Positions 1-11,156 of a DNA stretch of 64,000 nucleotides are shown here, piece after piece. The notes beneath the pieces were generated by a model that ran no database searches, was not told the DNA's origin, and saw nothing but the letters and a program-made list of their open reading frames with translations. Origin of the DNA: Minisyncoccota bacterium (GTDB lineage: Bacteria; Patescibacteriota; Minisyncoccia; Phycocordibacterales; Phycocordibacteraceae). The position numbers and the translations under genes are program-made. The stretch is taken from the NCBI GenBank assembly GCA_022842945.1, contig JALHOO010000001.1:288040-352039 (forward strand). The letters run 5' to 3'. The first letter of the stretch is position 1. Each line of letters begins with the position of its first letter.

Positions 1-1822
1 GAAGGTGCTCCTGCGGCACGGGGTGCGCATTGCCTTCTGGGTCATAGACCATAGGGATAGGACATCCCCAGTATCGCTGCCTGCCCACAGACCAGTCGCG
101 CATGCGGTAGTTAGTAACGCGCTCGCCGCCCACGAAGTCGATAATCTCGTTCATCGCTTCTCGATTACTGCGTCCATCAAACTGACCAGAGTTTCGCAGC
201 AAGCCGTCGTCTCCATAGGCGCTCGGTGTAAGGAACCGTGCGAGTGCGTAGCTATGAAGTGGATCTTGTATCTCGCTCATGGCGCGCGCAACAGGAACCC
301 ACTCAACCTCAAACTTCCCTTTCTCGTCCTCTTCAAGAGCAGGCTCAATACGAGCATCACTGTTTAGACGGAAGTGCAGAAGGGTGGTGTGTGCTACAAA
401 CGCTTTGTTCTTAGAGTGTGCAAAATACTCGTGGTGTACCTGCTCCTCCGCTCTCTCAACGAGTTCAAGATCGGTATAGCCAGTTTCCTCTTTAATTTCA
501 CGCATAGCCGTGTCAGCGGCATCCTCATCTGGCTCCGCAGTCCCCCCAACAGACAAACGTCCTCCAAGCTCAGGTTTCCAGTTGATGGTGAGGACTTGTC
601 CTTCGTGTTCAACAACCGCAACAATCTTCGCTTTGTCTTCTGGATTCTCTTGAGGAGAGCCGGTAACAGGATCAATAACGCGCTTTAGAGGAAGGTTGTA
701 CGTCTTTGCAAACGCAAAGTCCCGCTCGTCATGTGCAGGAACTGCCATAACCGCTCCGGTCCCGTAGCTTGCGAGTACATAGTCTGCGATATAGACAGGA
801 ATTTCTTCCTTCGTAGCGGGATTAATTGCCATAACTCCCTCAAGACGAACTCCCGTCTTCTCCTTGTTCTCAAGGCGCTCGCGTTCAGACTTCTTTGCAG
901 TCTCCGCTACGTACGCAACAACCTCGCTCTTATTAGAAACAACATCGTCATCCTCCGTATCCCATACTGCACGCACCCACGGATGCTCGGGAGCCAAGAC
1001 TATGTAGGTAGCACCAAAGACCGTGTCAGGACGTGTAGTAAAGACTTCGATGCGTGCTGGGTTTCCATCTTCGTCCCTCCAGTCGTTGTGCTCTGGATGT
1101 GCTGAGAAGGAAAGTGTGAAGGAGAGTTTTGCGCCCTCTGACTTTCCTATCCATGCGCGCTGCGCTTCCTTAATCTCTTCGCGCCATGGAAGCGGTTCAA
1201 GGTCTGTTAGAAGACGCTCTGCATACATAGAGATAGCAAGAAACCACTGCGTAAGGTTACGCTCTTCAACTTCCGTGCCGCAGCGTTCACACTTCCCGTC
1301 ATTCACCTGCTCGTTTGCAAGTACGGTCTGATCCTTCGGGCACCACTTAACGGCCGCTTCTTTGCGGTATGCAAGATCGTGCTCGTAGAGCTTCGTAAAT
1401 AGCCACTGTGTCCACTTGTAGTAGGACGGATCTGATGTCATCACTTCCTTGGACCAATCAAGTGACGTACCCATGGAGCGCACCTGCGCGCGCATGGTCT
1501 CCATATTCTGAAGTGTCCACGCTTCCGGACTCTTTCCGTACTTAATAGCAGCGTTCTCAGCCGGAAGTCCGAACGAATCAAATCCCATAGGGAACAAGAC
1601 GTTCTTCCCCTGCATACGCTTGAAGCGTGCAAAGATGTCCGTTAGCGCAAAGGCATACCAATGCCCTATGTGCAGGTCTCCGGAGGGATACGGGAATTCA
1701 AAGAGAAGATAGTATGGCTCCTTCTCAGAGTCTGTAAGGTCTGTTTCGTACAGTTTGAGCGCCTCCCATTTCTCTTGGGCAGTCTGCTCTATGGCTGTGT
1801 GATCGAAACGCTCTTTTTTCAT
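1..1822 (-). CDS. leuS: Leucyl-tRNA synthetase, N-terminal ~607 aa (C-terminus beyond the window), carrying an inserted Nudix hydrolase domain
   Basis: My own minus-strand translation from the ATG at 1822..1820 reads MKKERFDHTAIEQTAQEKWEALKLYET, then a class-I HIGH region (PYPSGDLHIGH-like) and CP1. Further on come YGTGAVMAVPAHDERDFAFAKTYNLPLKRVIDPVTG, a ~140-aa Nudix domain, and YRMRDWSVGRQRYWGCPIPMVYDPEG. The ORF runs off the left edge, which is why the ORF track does not list it. Confidence 0.9.
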   Translation of the reverse strand, partial: MKKERFDHTAIEQTAQEKWEALKLYETDLTDSEKEPYYLLFEFPYPSGDLHIGHWYAFALTDIFARFKRMQGKNVLFPMGFDSFGLPAENAAIKYGKSPEAWTLQNMETMRAQVRSMGTSLDWSKEVMTSDPSYYKWTQWLFTKLYEHDLAYRKEAAVKWCPKDQTVLANEQVNDGKCERCGTEVEERNLTQWFLAISMYAERLLTDLEPLPWREEIKEAQRAWIGKSEGAKLSFTLSFSAHPEHNDWRDEDGNPARIEVFTTRPDTVFGATYIVLAPEHPWVRAVWDTEDDDVVSNKSEVVAYVAETAKKSERERLENKEKTGVRLEGVMAINPATKEEIPVYIADYVLASYGTGAVMAVPAHDERDFAFAKTYNLPLKRVIDPVTGSPQENPEDKAKIVAVVEHEGQVLTINWKPELGGRLSVGGTAEPDEDAADTAMREIKEETGYTDLELVERAEEQVHHEYFAHSKNKAFVAHTTLLHFRLNSDARIEPALEEDEKGKFEVEWVPVARAMSEIQDPLHSYALARFLTPSAYGDDGLLRNSGQFDGRSNREAMNEIIDFVGGERVTNYRMRDWSVGRQRYWGCPIPMVYDPEGNAHPVPQEHL

Positions 1823-1826
1823 GCGC

Positions 1827-2855
1827 CTAACGAAGCGTCTTCTCGAACAGAGGATAGCGCTCAGGGTCTATGGTGCGGTTGAAACACACCTCTCCTTCTC
1901 CGTGTGCCCAGGAGTCATTCATATCCATAGATGGGTATGCCGTATCACGGGGATAGTTTCCCGTACCACGAGTATCAGGAGTTGGTTTGTTGAATGTGCC
2001 GCAGAAAGAGAAGGATAGCGCTCCTGTTACGGCATACTCGTACGCTTCTCCAGACTCCGGATCAACCGGCGTCATGAAGCTTGATATAGGATCGTTTAGG
2101 TACGTAAGGTCCTCAGGAAGCTCTCCCTTCTGCTGGTAGAAGTTCACTACCTGGTACTGAATGCTCTGGAGGTCACTTACCTTCTGCTCATCATAGCGAA
2201 GCGCACGAATCTCTCCTGGCGTTCCGATAATAAAGAAGCCAGCAACAACTGAAAGGAGGGCAAGCACTCCAACGGCCGCACCAACCATAGTGGCTTTCAT
2301 CTGATTCTGTATCCAATATCCTTTCAAGTCCGCTAGGAAGTGCATGAACACACCGAGTGCAACGAGAAGCACCACCGCAACCTTAAGACCAAAGCGTACG
2401 GAGAGTTCTCCGCCAAGGAAGGTAGTTATGAGGGTGATGAGGTCGATAAGAATAACCACAACCGCAATAAAGATGGTGAGCACAAGCGCCCAGCGACGTG
2501 CCCAGATCTCAGCCTTGCCTGGATCACTCACTATGCTCTTACGAATAATACGCAGGAGAATAAGCGTGGTTGGGATAAGCACAATAACCCCGGCCATTGC
2601 AGCGCGCACGACACCTCCATACGGGTCTCCGTAGTATGCGAGCGGATCAGGGAACGCGGTGTTCACATACTCAAAGAAGAGCGCAATAACGGAGATAACT
2701 GATCCGTAGAGCGCTATAACCGCACCTGCCCAGAGAAAGAAGTCGCGCGGTGTTGTCTTTGCGAGGCCCGGAGCACGTGCAGGTGTTGTTTCCATATGCT
2801 CTGGATTATACCACACTAAATGAAATGGCCCGCTTCCTTGAGCGAGCCATTTCAT
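1827..2855 (-). CDS. Hypothetical polytopic membrane protein with a C-terminal soluble domain; likely true start at the ATG at 2795 (METTPARAPG), preceded by a TATAAT-like box
   Basis: The 342-aa ORF has multiple hydrophobic helices. Internal ATG at 2795 sits downstream of 'gtggtataat'. No recognisable family. Confidence 0.55.
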   Translation of the reverse strand: MKWLAQGSGPFHLVWYNPEHMETTPARAPGLAKTTPRDFFLWAGAVIALYGSVISVIALFFEYVNTAFPDPLAYYGDPYGGVVRAAMAGVIVLIPTTLILLRIIRKSIVSDPGKAEIWARRWALVLTIFIAVVVILIDLITLITTFLGGELSVRFGLKVAVVLLVALGVFMHFLADLKGYWIQNQMKATMVGAAVGVLALLSVVAGFFIIGTPGEIRALRYDEQKVSDLQSIQYQVVNFYQQKGELPEDLTYLNDPISSFMTPVDPESGEAYEYAVTGALSFSFCGTFNKPTPDTRGTGNYPRDTAYPSMDMNDSWAHGEGEVCFNRTIDPERYPLFEKTLR

Positions 2856-2869
2856 TCTTCCTTACAGCA

Positions 2870-3295
2870 CTACAGCACCCGCTTCTTGTGGATGTTTGGT
2901 ATGCGCGGGATAAGGGCAATGATAATCGCTGCAACAACCGCAATAACATAGAAGCCGTATCCAATGGCCATACCGAGTCCCGCAGCGAACCAGAGACTGG
3001 CGGCAGTGGTGAGGTTCTTAACGCTCGTTCCCTCCTTAAGGATGAGTCCGGCTCCTAGGAAGCCTATACCAACCACAATCTGAGAAGCGATACGAGAGGT
3101 TGAGAGCGGATCAACCACATTCGATATAAGGGTGAAAAGCATAGCGCCTCCAATAACGAGGATGTGGGTGCTGATACCCGCATCCTTGTCACGCATCTCG
3201 CGCTCAACGCCGATGATGTACCCAAGAATAAGCGAGAGACCGAGACCAATGGCGAACTGAGCTTCTAGAGGACCAAAGAGTGATGCTATTTCCAT
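2870..3295 (-). CDS. MgtC/SapB family membrane protein
   Basis: 'GVEREMRDKDAGISTHILV' matches the MgtC family signature. Four predicted TM segments. Start taken at MEIASLFG (ATG at 3295). Confidence 0.7.
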   Translation of the reverse strand: MEIASLFGPLEAQFAIGLGLSLILGYIIGVEREMRDKDAGISTHILVIGGAMLFTLISNVVDPLSTSRIASQIVVGIGFLGAGLILKEGTSVKNLTTAASLWFAAGLGMAIGYGFYVIAVVAAIIIALIPRIPNIHKKRVL

Positions 3296-3338
3296 ATGCA
3301 AAGGAGTATAGCAAACGATAGAGAGCAATACTGGCGCT

Positions 3339-3764
3339 CTAGTCTAGATACTGCGCAGCGATACCTCGCCACTTATCTGATGAGTCGAGTAGTAAAAACT
3401 CTTCCTTCGTTACCCATCGATACTCCTCATGCTCAAAACTAAGCGTTACGTCTGTTGCTTTTGTGTCCGCTCTATAGGCGACCGTTACCCATCTATCTCC
3501 GCTTCCGTCGTGTTCGCTAACCAAACACAGCGGTCTAGTGCCAGTAACCGCAAGTCCTGTCTCTTCCTTTATCTCGCGTTCAGCTCCCTCTATAGGGGTC
3601 TCATCTATCTCTAGCGCTCCTCCAGGCAGATCCCACTTCAAGGGGCGAGTGGGAGCAGTTGCGGTGCGTAATAGTGTCAGAAATTTCCCTTCTGTATTAA
3701 ACACGAAGGTTTTTTGACTCAAGCAAACTCTACTGTTTCTAAATGCATCCACTCCTGTCTCCAT
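3339..3764 (-). CDS. Nudix hydrolase
   Basis: Canonical Nudix box 'GGALEIDETPIEGAEREIKEETGL' (GX5EX7REUXEEXGU). Confidence 0.85.
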   Translation of the reverse strand: METGVDAFRNSRVCLSQKTFVFNTEGKFLTLLRTATAPTRPLKWDLPGGALEIDETPIEGAEREIKEETGLAVTGTRPLCLVSEHDGSGDRWVTVAYRADTKATDVTLSFEHEEYRWVTKEEFLLLDSSDKWRGIAAQYLD

Positions 3765-3777
3765 ACTACGTACACCT

Positions 3778-4872
3778 CTACCCGTGCAAGAACACCATCA
3801 CATCCCCATCCTTCACGATATACGTCTTCCCTTCAGTTCTGATGTCTCCCTTGTCCCTGGCCGCGGACCACGAACCATCCGCCACAAGCGTGTCGCATCC
3901 AATAACCTCTGCACGGATAAACTTGTCTTTGAAATCATTATGAATAGCGGCTCCAGCTTCAGGAGCTGAATCGCCTTCGGTAATGGTCCAGGCACGAGTC
4001 TCTTTGGGGCCGGTGGTGAAGAAGGTGATAAGGCCAAGCGTTTTGTAGGCGCCGCGGATGAGTGCCTCAAGTCCGTCTACCTGTACCCCAAGCTCGGAAC
4101 GGAACATCTCTTTGTCCTCTCCTGCTACGTCATTAAGCTCGTGCTCTGTGCGTGCATCAACCTCCACATACTGGCTTCCTAGAGACTCTACAAGGTCATA
4201 CGCAGCCTGTGCGCGACCATCATTCATCTCAGAGAGATTGTGTCCTCCGGCCTTTCCGTTGAATGAGTACAGGATAGGTTTGCGTGTAAGGAGGTTGAGA
4301 GACTTGATGCGCTTAACCTCCTCGTCCGAAAGCTCAACGGTGCGTGCAAGCTTTCCTGCAAGAAGTGCTTGTTCAACAACCGCGAGTACAGCGTCCTCAG
4401 CAATAGCATCTTTATTTCCTGCCTTCACATCACGCGCAAGACGCTCACGACGCCCTGTTACAGACTGCTGATCCGCAAGGATAAGCTCGAGGTTAATAAT
4501 CTCGATGTCACGAACAGGGTCCACATCCCCGTGTACGTGAATAACGTCAGGATCGTCAAAGAAGCGCACCATCTGAAGAATCGCGTCTACCTCCCGGATG
4601 TGCGAAAGGAACTGGTTCCCGAGTCCTTCGCCCTCAGACGCACCCTTAACGAGTCCTGCAATGTCTACGAACTCAATAGCAGCGGGAAGTATCTTCTCGG
4701 ACTTCGAGACTTCCGCAAGGCGCTCAAGACGCTCGTCTGGAACACCAACCACACCCACAGAAGGATCAATGGTACAGAACGGATAATTCTCAGCCGGGAC
4801 GGCTGCTTTGGTAAGTGCGTTAAAGAGAGTGGACTTCCCAACGTTCGGAAGTCCTACGATGCCGATTTTCAT
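3778..4872 (-). CDS. ychF: Ribosome-binding ATPase YchF (Obg-family GTPase/ATPase)
   Basis: N-terminus 'MKIGIVGLPNVGKSTLFNALT...NYPFCTIDPSVGVV' and a 364-aa length are typical of YchF. C-terminal TGS-like domain present. Confidence 0.95.
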   Translation of the reverse strand: MKIGIVGLPNVGKSTLFNALTKAAVPAENYPFCTIDPSVGVVGVPDERLERLAEVSKSEKILPAAIEFVDIAGLVKGASEGEGLGNQFLSHIREVDAILQMVRFFDDPDVIHVHGDVDPVRDIEIINLELILADQQSVTGRRERLARDVKAGNKDAIAEDAVLAVVEQALLAGKLARTVELSDEEVKRIKSLNLLTRKPILYSFNGKAGGHNLSEMNDGRAQAAYDLVESLGSQYVEVDARTEHELNDVAGEDKEMFRSELGVQVDGLEALIRGAYKTLGLITFFTTGPKETRAWTITEGDSAPEAGAAIHNDFKDKFIRAEVIGCDTLVADGSWSAARDKGDIRTEGKTYIVKDGDVMVFLHG

Positions 4873-4979
4873 AGCTTCAGCCTAACGGTTATGTGGGTAA
4901 AACGCAAAGACGCATACATTGACACCATTCATATATACTGGTATTACTCACATGTAACTTTGTTGAAAGGAGTTTTTCA

Positions 4980-5204
4980 ATGCACAAGGTTATCCGCAAT
5001 AAGTACTTTCTCATCGCTTCGGTATATGTCTCCATCAGCCTCATTATTTGGCAGGTGGTTGCGAAGTTCGTATTCATTCGAGATATTGCCCTATGGCAAG
5101 CACTCGTAATGTTTCTCGCAGACAATGTACCGGGCAGTATAGGCCTCTTGTCTCTGTTATTCGCTTGGGGAGCGCTTACAGTCAAGGAGGTCGACAAGAA
5201 GTAA
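4980..5204 (+). CDS. Small hypothetical membrane protein (74 aa)
   Basis: An 'aaaggag' RBS lies 7 nt upstream of the ATG. Two hydrophobic segments. Confidence 0.4.
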   Translation: MHKVIRNKYFLIASVYVSISLIIWQVVAKFVFIRDIALWQALVMFLADNVPGSIGLLSLLFAWGALTVKEVDKK

Positions 5205-5265
5205 TCACTTCTTTCAGAGCCTCACATCTACACGTATACGCGTCCCGATTTGGGGCTCTGTTAGT

Positions 5266-5850
5266 TTATAGAGCTCGCTTTGCAAGGTTCGCTACCTCCT
5301 TCTTCCAGCCATCCTTCACGCGTGTCTCTGCACGCTCTGCGTTCCCGTACGCCGTTACCTTCACTTTGAAACCCGCAAATCCAAGAAGAGACCTACGAAT
5401 TGAGGCTGTGTAGTCGCCGAACGCAAGGTGATCGAGCAAGGGCGGATTGTTCGACGTTATAACAAGACGCGCAGTGCGTCCCTTCAAAAGGCACTCCCAC
5501 CCAAACCTATTCTTCCACATACGAAACGCAAAGGACGGAAGATACATGCGGTCCCACATACCCTTTAGAAGAGCGGGCATACCTCCCCACCAGTTCGGGT
5601 ACATAAGCACAAAGTGCTCGCACCATTTCATGTTCTCCTGCACGTGTATGAGGTCTGGTTCGAGGTCTTGGATAACCCGGTATCCTTTGTGCAAGATAGG
5701 GTCGAAGGAAAGACTCGAAAGATCCATACGACGCACCTCGTGTCCTGCGGCTCGCGCAGCGGTCTCATAGGTATCAGCGAACTGCCGAGACAAGGGTTCA
5801 GGTCCCGAGTCCGGGTGTCCGAGGAGCACGAATATACGCTTTGATTTCAT
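5266..5850 (-). CDS. Flavodoxin-like fold NAD(P)H dehydrogenase (quinone) family protein (Flavodoxin_2/NQO-like)
   Basis: 'IFVLLGHPDSG...PNWWGGMPALLKGMWDRM' resembles NAD(P)H:quinone oxidoreductase/MdaB-like proteins. Confidence 0.65.
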   Translation of the reverse strand: MKSKRIFVLLGHPDSGPEPLSRQFADTYETAARAAGHEVRRMDLSSLSFDPILHKGYRVIQDLEPDLIHVQENMKWCEHFVLMYPNWWGGMPALLKGMWDRMYLPSFAFRMWKNRFGWECLLKGRTARLVITSNNPPLLDHLAFGDYTASIRRSLLGFAGFKVKVTAYGNAERAETRVKDGWKKEVANLAKRAL

Positions 5851-5855
5851 GTGTG

Positions 5856-6089
5856 CTATTTCTGAGGACCCACAAGGGCTGCAAGCTGCTCACGGTACTT
5901 CTTCATAACCTCCATAGACGCTTTCATCTGGTTCTCTCCTCCCTTAACCCTGCGATCTACTTCTTCGCCAATCTTTTTAAAGAGTTCCGGGTCCTTTTCT
6001 ACAAGCGTAAGGATCTGCTCCCGCTGTGCTTCGGGCATGTCCTTCATCTTCATTTTAAGCGCCTGACGTACGAGGAATTTCTGAATCAT
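5856..6089 (-). CDS. Hypothetical small protein (77 aa), charged helical
   Basis: ORF only; compact spacing to neighbours. Confidence 0.35.
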   Translation of the reverse strand: MIQKFLVRQALKMKMKDMPEAQREQILTLVEKDPELFKKIGEEVDRRVKGGENQMKASMEVMKKYREQLAALVGPQK

Positions 6090-6130
6090 ATGCTCACCAT
6101 TTTATCACAACCCCAAAACCTGAGAACACT

Positions 6131-6550
6131 CTAGAGATTTGGCTTCATAGGAACATGCGGCACGGAGAGTCCGCGTACGGTCCGCGTTGCAAAGTACAGA
6201 GCCGCAAGGAAGAGGAAAGCTATAAGCGCAACAAGACCGTCTCCTCCAAAGAGCTCGGCACTTGTATCAATACGAGAGAATGCGAGTCCGCCGAACGTGA
6301 GCACACCCGCAATGGAGAGGAACATGTTCCCGTAGTGTATGAGACGTTGCACGGGATTGGTTATACCTGCCGCGATAACCAATACAAGAATGAGGAGCAT
6401 AATGGCGCCGAACGTAAACGGAAGCTCGTTCCCCACAAACCTTGTGGCGAAGATGAGACCCGCACACAACAGGAACAACGCACGAACCGTATCGCCATGG
6501 TAATGGCTTGGACCTGTGGGCACTGGTTCGAATTCGCCGTCTTCGTTCAT
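6131..6550 (-). CDS. Hypothetical membrane protein (start taken at MNEDGEF, ATG 6550, just after the atp terminator)
   Basis: Four hydrophobic helices. The longer ORF start at 6685 would overlap atpC and the terminator hairpin. Confidence 0.5.
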   Translation of the reverse strand: MNEDGEFEPVPTGPSHYHGDTVRALFLLCAGLIFATRFVGNELPFTFGAIMLLILVLVIAAGITNPVQRLIHYGNMFLSIAGVLTFGGLAFSRIDTSAELFGGDGLVALIAFLFLAALYFATRTVRGLSVPHVPMKPNL

Positions 6551-6586
6551 ATGTTCGTAAGTATGGTACGTAGGCCAGTAATGTAA

Positions 6587-6620
6587 AGCGCCGCACGGGG
6601 AGAACCCGTGCGGCGCTTTA
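6587..6620 (-). terminator. Rho-independent terminator after atpC
   Basis: Perfect 13-bp GC-rich stem 'agcgccgcacggg'/'cccgtgcggcgct' with loop 'gagaa', immediately 3' of atpC on the minus strand. Confidence 0.7.
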
Positions 6621-6632
6621 CTGATCGCTCCA

Positions 6633-6881
6633 CTATAGAAGAACCGTTGCCTGTCCTCCCGACACTTCAGCGATACCACCCTCATGCAGGGTGTACGAGG
6701 TCTCAGACCCGTCCGCCATCTTTACGAGTGCAACACCAGACTTTAGAGGCGTAACAAAAGCCTCGTGTCCGGCCATAACCGTAAACACCCCTTCCGCTCC
6801 AGGGAGCGTAACCGATAGCGCCTCGCCGTCGAAGAGATTCTCTCCGAGGTTTGCGATCGTTAGCTGGAAGGTCTTTGCCAT
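6633..6881 (-). CDS. atpC: ATP synthase epsilon subunit, short form (82 aa, beta-sandwich only)
   Basis: Position as last gene of the atp operon. 'LTIANLGENLFDGEALSVTLPGAEGVFTVMAGHEAFVTPLKSG' resembles the epsilon N-domain. No C-terminal helical hairpin. Confidence 0.8.
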   Translation of the reverse strand: MAKTFQLTIANLGENLFDGEALSVTLPGAEGVFTVMAGHEAFVTPLKSGVALVKMADGSETSYTLHEGGIAEVSGGQATVLL

Positions 6882-6888
6882 AGAAGAG

Positions 6889-8310
<1,422 letters not shown>

Positions 8311-9219
8311 CTACGTTGATAATGCCTCACGGCCGCCCACGATCTCCGACACCTCGCGAGTAATGGCCGCCTGACGCACCTTGTTGTAGGTACGCGTGAG
8401 GTCTCCCACCACCTTCTTCGAGTTGTCGGACGCACCCTTCATCGCAACCATGCGTGCCGAGTGCTCGGACGCCTTCGCCTCGAGCAGCATGTGATAGAGG
8501 GCAACCGCCACAAGCTTCGGAACGAGGATGCCGAGCACCTCGCCACCTGAAGGCTCTACCTCGTAGCTCTCAGGGGCTTCAATAGCCTCCTCATTCGCCC
8601 ACTTGCCCTTAGCAGGCACAATACCCGCCACAATCTCTTCAAGTGCTGGAAGAGAAAGCGGGAGAAGACGGCGCATGGTTGGCACCTGCTCAAACGTAGA
8701 CTTGAAGTTGCTATATACCGCAACTACCTTGTCGAACGAACCTGCAAGATATCCATCAGTTATTTCCTGCACAAGCTCCTCCATAACCGACACCGGAATC
8801 TCGTCCTGGCGGTTCTCAACAGAACGAGCAACGGTGTATCCGCGACGAGCGAAGTAATCATTACCCTTCTTGCCGTACGCATAGATGGTTACGTCTTCAA
8901 CCGCGCGTCCTTCAAGAGTCTCCACCGCGCGCTTAATAACGCCGCTGTTGAGCGCACCCGCGAGACCCTTGTCGCTCGTAATAACCACAAGCGCGAGCTT
9001 CGAGCCTTCGCGTGCTTGTCCAAGCGGATGCTCCTTTACGTGACGGGTTCCTGCAAGGCGCGTAAGCACCGCCACAGCTGCACGCGCGTAGGCGCGTCCC
9101 GTAAGGGCTGCTGCCTGCGTCTTGCGCATCTTAACGGCAGACACAGCCTCCATAGCGCGTGTCACTTTGTGCATGCGCTCGGTAGCCTTGATCTTCGTTT
9201 TGATGTCTTTAAGTGCCAT
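8311..9219 (-). CDS. atpG: ATP synthase gamma subunit
   Basis: 302 aa with N-terminus 'MALKDIKTKIKATERMHKVTRAMEAVSAVKMRK', typical of gamma. Confidence 0.9.
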   Translation of the reverse strand: MALKDIKTKIKATERMHKVTRAMEAVSAVKMRKTQAAALTGRAYARAAVAVLTRLAGTRHVKEHPLGQAREGSKLALVVITSDKGLAGALNSGVIKRAVETLEGRAVEDVTIYAYGKKGNDYFARRGYTVARSVENRQDEIPVSVMEELVQEITDGYLAGSFDKVVAVYSNFKSTFEQVPTMRRLLPLSLPALEEIVAGIVPAKGKWANEEAIEAPESYEVEPSGGEVLGILVPKLVAVALYHMLLEAKASEHSARMVAMKGASDNSKKVVGDLTRTYNKVRQAAITREVSEIVGGREALST

Positions 9220-9234
9220 TGCGGTGGTGTGTCT

Positions 9235-10785
9235 CTATGCAGAACGCTCTACGAACTTCTCAAGCGCAGCACGGAGATCCTTCTCTGTTGCCTCGCCAAT
9301 TTCCTTCGTAGTGCGGATAGCCGCAAGTACGCCGGTTGCCTCGCGGTTCAGGAAGTCCTGAAGACGAATCTCAGCTGCTGCCGTCTCTTCAGGCTTGAAG
9401 GAGTCGAAGTAGCCGTTGGTTGCCGCGAAGATAATCGCAGACTCCATCTCAAACGCGATTGGCTTCCCGTTAGACTGCTTCAACATCTCCGTCATACGCT
9501 GTCCTGCCTCAATCTGCTTCTTGGTGTTGTCATCAAGATCAGAGGAGAACTGCATGAATGCCTCAAGCTCACGGAACTGAGCAAGCTCAAGCTTAATCTT
9601 TCCAGACACCTTCTTCATAGCCTTGGTCTGTGCTGCTGATCCCACGCGCGACACGGAGATACCCACGTTCATAGCCGGACGGAAGCCCTTGTTGAAGAGA
9701 TCGGTCTCGAGGAAGATCTGTCCGTCCGTAATCGAAATTACGTTGGTTGGAATGTACGCAGACACGTCGTTCTCCTGCGTCTCGATAATAGGGAGCGCCG
9801 TAATAGAACCTCCACCCTTTTCCTTTGAGAGCTTTGCAGCACGCTCAAGAAGACGGGAGTGCAAGTAGAACACGTCTCCCGGGTACGCTTCGCGACCTGG
9901 TGGGCGACGAAGAAGAAGCGACATCTGGCGGTAGGCAACAGCCTGCTTTGAAAGGTCGTCATACACCACGAGCGCGTCCTTACCCTGCTCCATGAAGTGC
10001 TCTGCAATAGCGGCTCCTGCAAATGGTGCCAAGAACTGGAAGGCAGCTGGAGACGACGCTGGAGCAGTCACTACGATGGTGTAGTCCATAGCACCCGCTT
10101 CTGTAAGCTGGCCCACGATGCGCGCGGTCTTAGACTCCTTCTGTCCGATAGCCACGTACACACAGATAGGGCGTGTCGCACTGTCCTCAGACTTCTGGTT
10201 GAGGATGGTGTCGATTGCGATAGTGGTCTTTCCGGTACCGCGGTCTCCAATGATGAGCTGTCGCTGTCCACGACCAATTGGGGTCATGGCGTCAATTGCC
10301 TTGATACCGGTGTGAAGCGGAGTGTTAACGGGAGCGCGGTCGATAACGCCGTACGCTTCCTTCTCAATAGGACGGAAGGTGTTTGCCTTCGTCGGGCCCT
10401 TACCGTCTACCGCTTCTCCAAGCGGATTAACCACGCGACCCACGAGCGAGTCTCCTACCGGGATGGAGAGGAGGCGACCCACACGACGAACAAGCATGCC
10501 TTCGTACACCTTAGACGCGTCTCCAAGGATAACGGCGCGAACACCGTCTTCCTCGAGGTTGAGAACGAGACCGTAGACCGGAGCCGCGTCCTTGAGTGCT
10601 TCTTCAAGAGTACGATCGAACGTAGGGTCGAAGAGCACCATCTCAGACATGATGGCGTTTTCAAGGCCATCTATCTCTGCAATACCGTCACCGGTTGCCC
10701 GGACGATACCCGTCTCTGCTTTCTCAACCTTCCCTCCTGGGAGCGAGGCAATCTCGGACTCGATGCGCTTGATGATGCTTTCCAT
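9235..10785 (-). CDS. atpA: ATP synthase alpha subunit
   Basis: 'GDRGTGKT' P-loop; 516 aa. Confidence 0.97.
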   Translation of the reverse strand: MESIIKRIESEIASLPGGKVEKAETGIVRATGDGIAEIDGLENAIMSEMVLFDPTFDRTLEEALKDAAPVYGLVLNLEEDGVRAVILGDASKVYEGMLVRRVGRLLSIPVGDSLVGRVVNPLGEAVDGKGPTKANTFRPIEKEAYGVIDRAPVNTPLHTGIKAIDAMTPIGRGQRQLIIGDRGTGKTTIAIDTILNQKSEDSATRPICVYVAIGQKESKTARIVGQLTEAGAMDYTIVVTAPASSPAAFQFLAPFAGAAIAEHFMEQGKDALVVYDDLSKQAVAYRQMSLLLRRPPGREAYPGDVFYLHSRLLERAAKLSKEKGGGSITALPIIETQENDVSAYIPTNVISITDGQIFLETDLFNKGFRPAMNVGISVSRVGSAAQTKAMKKVSGKIKLELAQFRELEAFMQFSSDLDDNTKKQIEAGQRMTEMLKQSNGKPIAFEMESAIIFAATNGYFDSFKPEETAAAEIRLQDFLNREATGVLAAIRTTKEIGEATEKDLRAALEKFVERSA

Positions 10786-10788
10786 ACC

Positions 10789-11154
10789 CTAGTTCGTAAT
10801 CTTTTGATAAAGGTCTACTAATGCTTGTTTTGCAGAACGATCTACGAGCACACTTCCTGAACGAGCACGCCAGCCTTGGATAAGGTTCGGGTTAACGGAT
10901 ACGGTTGTCGTATCAATGCCCTGTGCCTTGGCTTGTGCAATAGCGCTCTCCTTCTCAGCTTCTGTGGCAACTTCAAGAGACGGAGCAAGTACGCTTCTAC
11001 GAGCCTGAAGTACGTTCAGTTCGCGAAGTACGCCTGGGAGAATCTTCATGCGGCCCTCTTCCTTGAGGTGCTTCATGAATCCGTCCACGAGCTTCGCCTC
11101 ATCCGTGCCGGAAGCAAGAGATCGTGCGAGCGCTTGTGCGTACTCCTTTTCCAT
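10789..11154 (-). CDS. atpH: ATP synthase delta (OSCP) subunit, short (121 aa)
   Basis: Position between atpF and atpA. C-terminal 'LIQGWRARSGSVLVDRSAKQAL' is delta-like. Confidence 0.7.
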   Translation of the reverse strand: MEKEYAQALARSLASGTDEAKLVDGFMKHLKEEGRMKILPGVLRELNVLQARRSVLAPSLEVATEAEKESAIAQAKAQGIDTTTVSVNPNLIQGWRARSGSVLVDRSAKQALVDLYQKITN

Positions 11155-11156
11155 AC

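Noticed and set aside
3339-3764. Claiming the LeuRS Nudix insert is a direct duplicate of the adjacent stand-alone Nudix gene.
   Set aside because: Only the generic Nudix box (REIKEETG) is shared. Flanking segments differ, so common origin is possible but not demonstrated.
9997-10821. Long plus-strand ORFs inside atpA, and similar ones inside atpD, uvrA, uvrB, the HK and the 949-aa protein.
   Set aside because: They lie antisense to strongly supported genes with clear family motifs, and have no RBS or recognisable domains.
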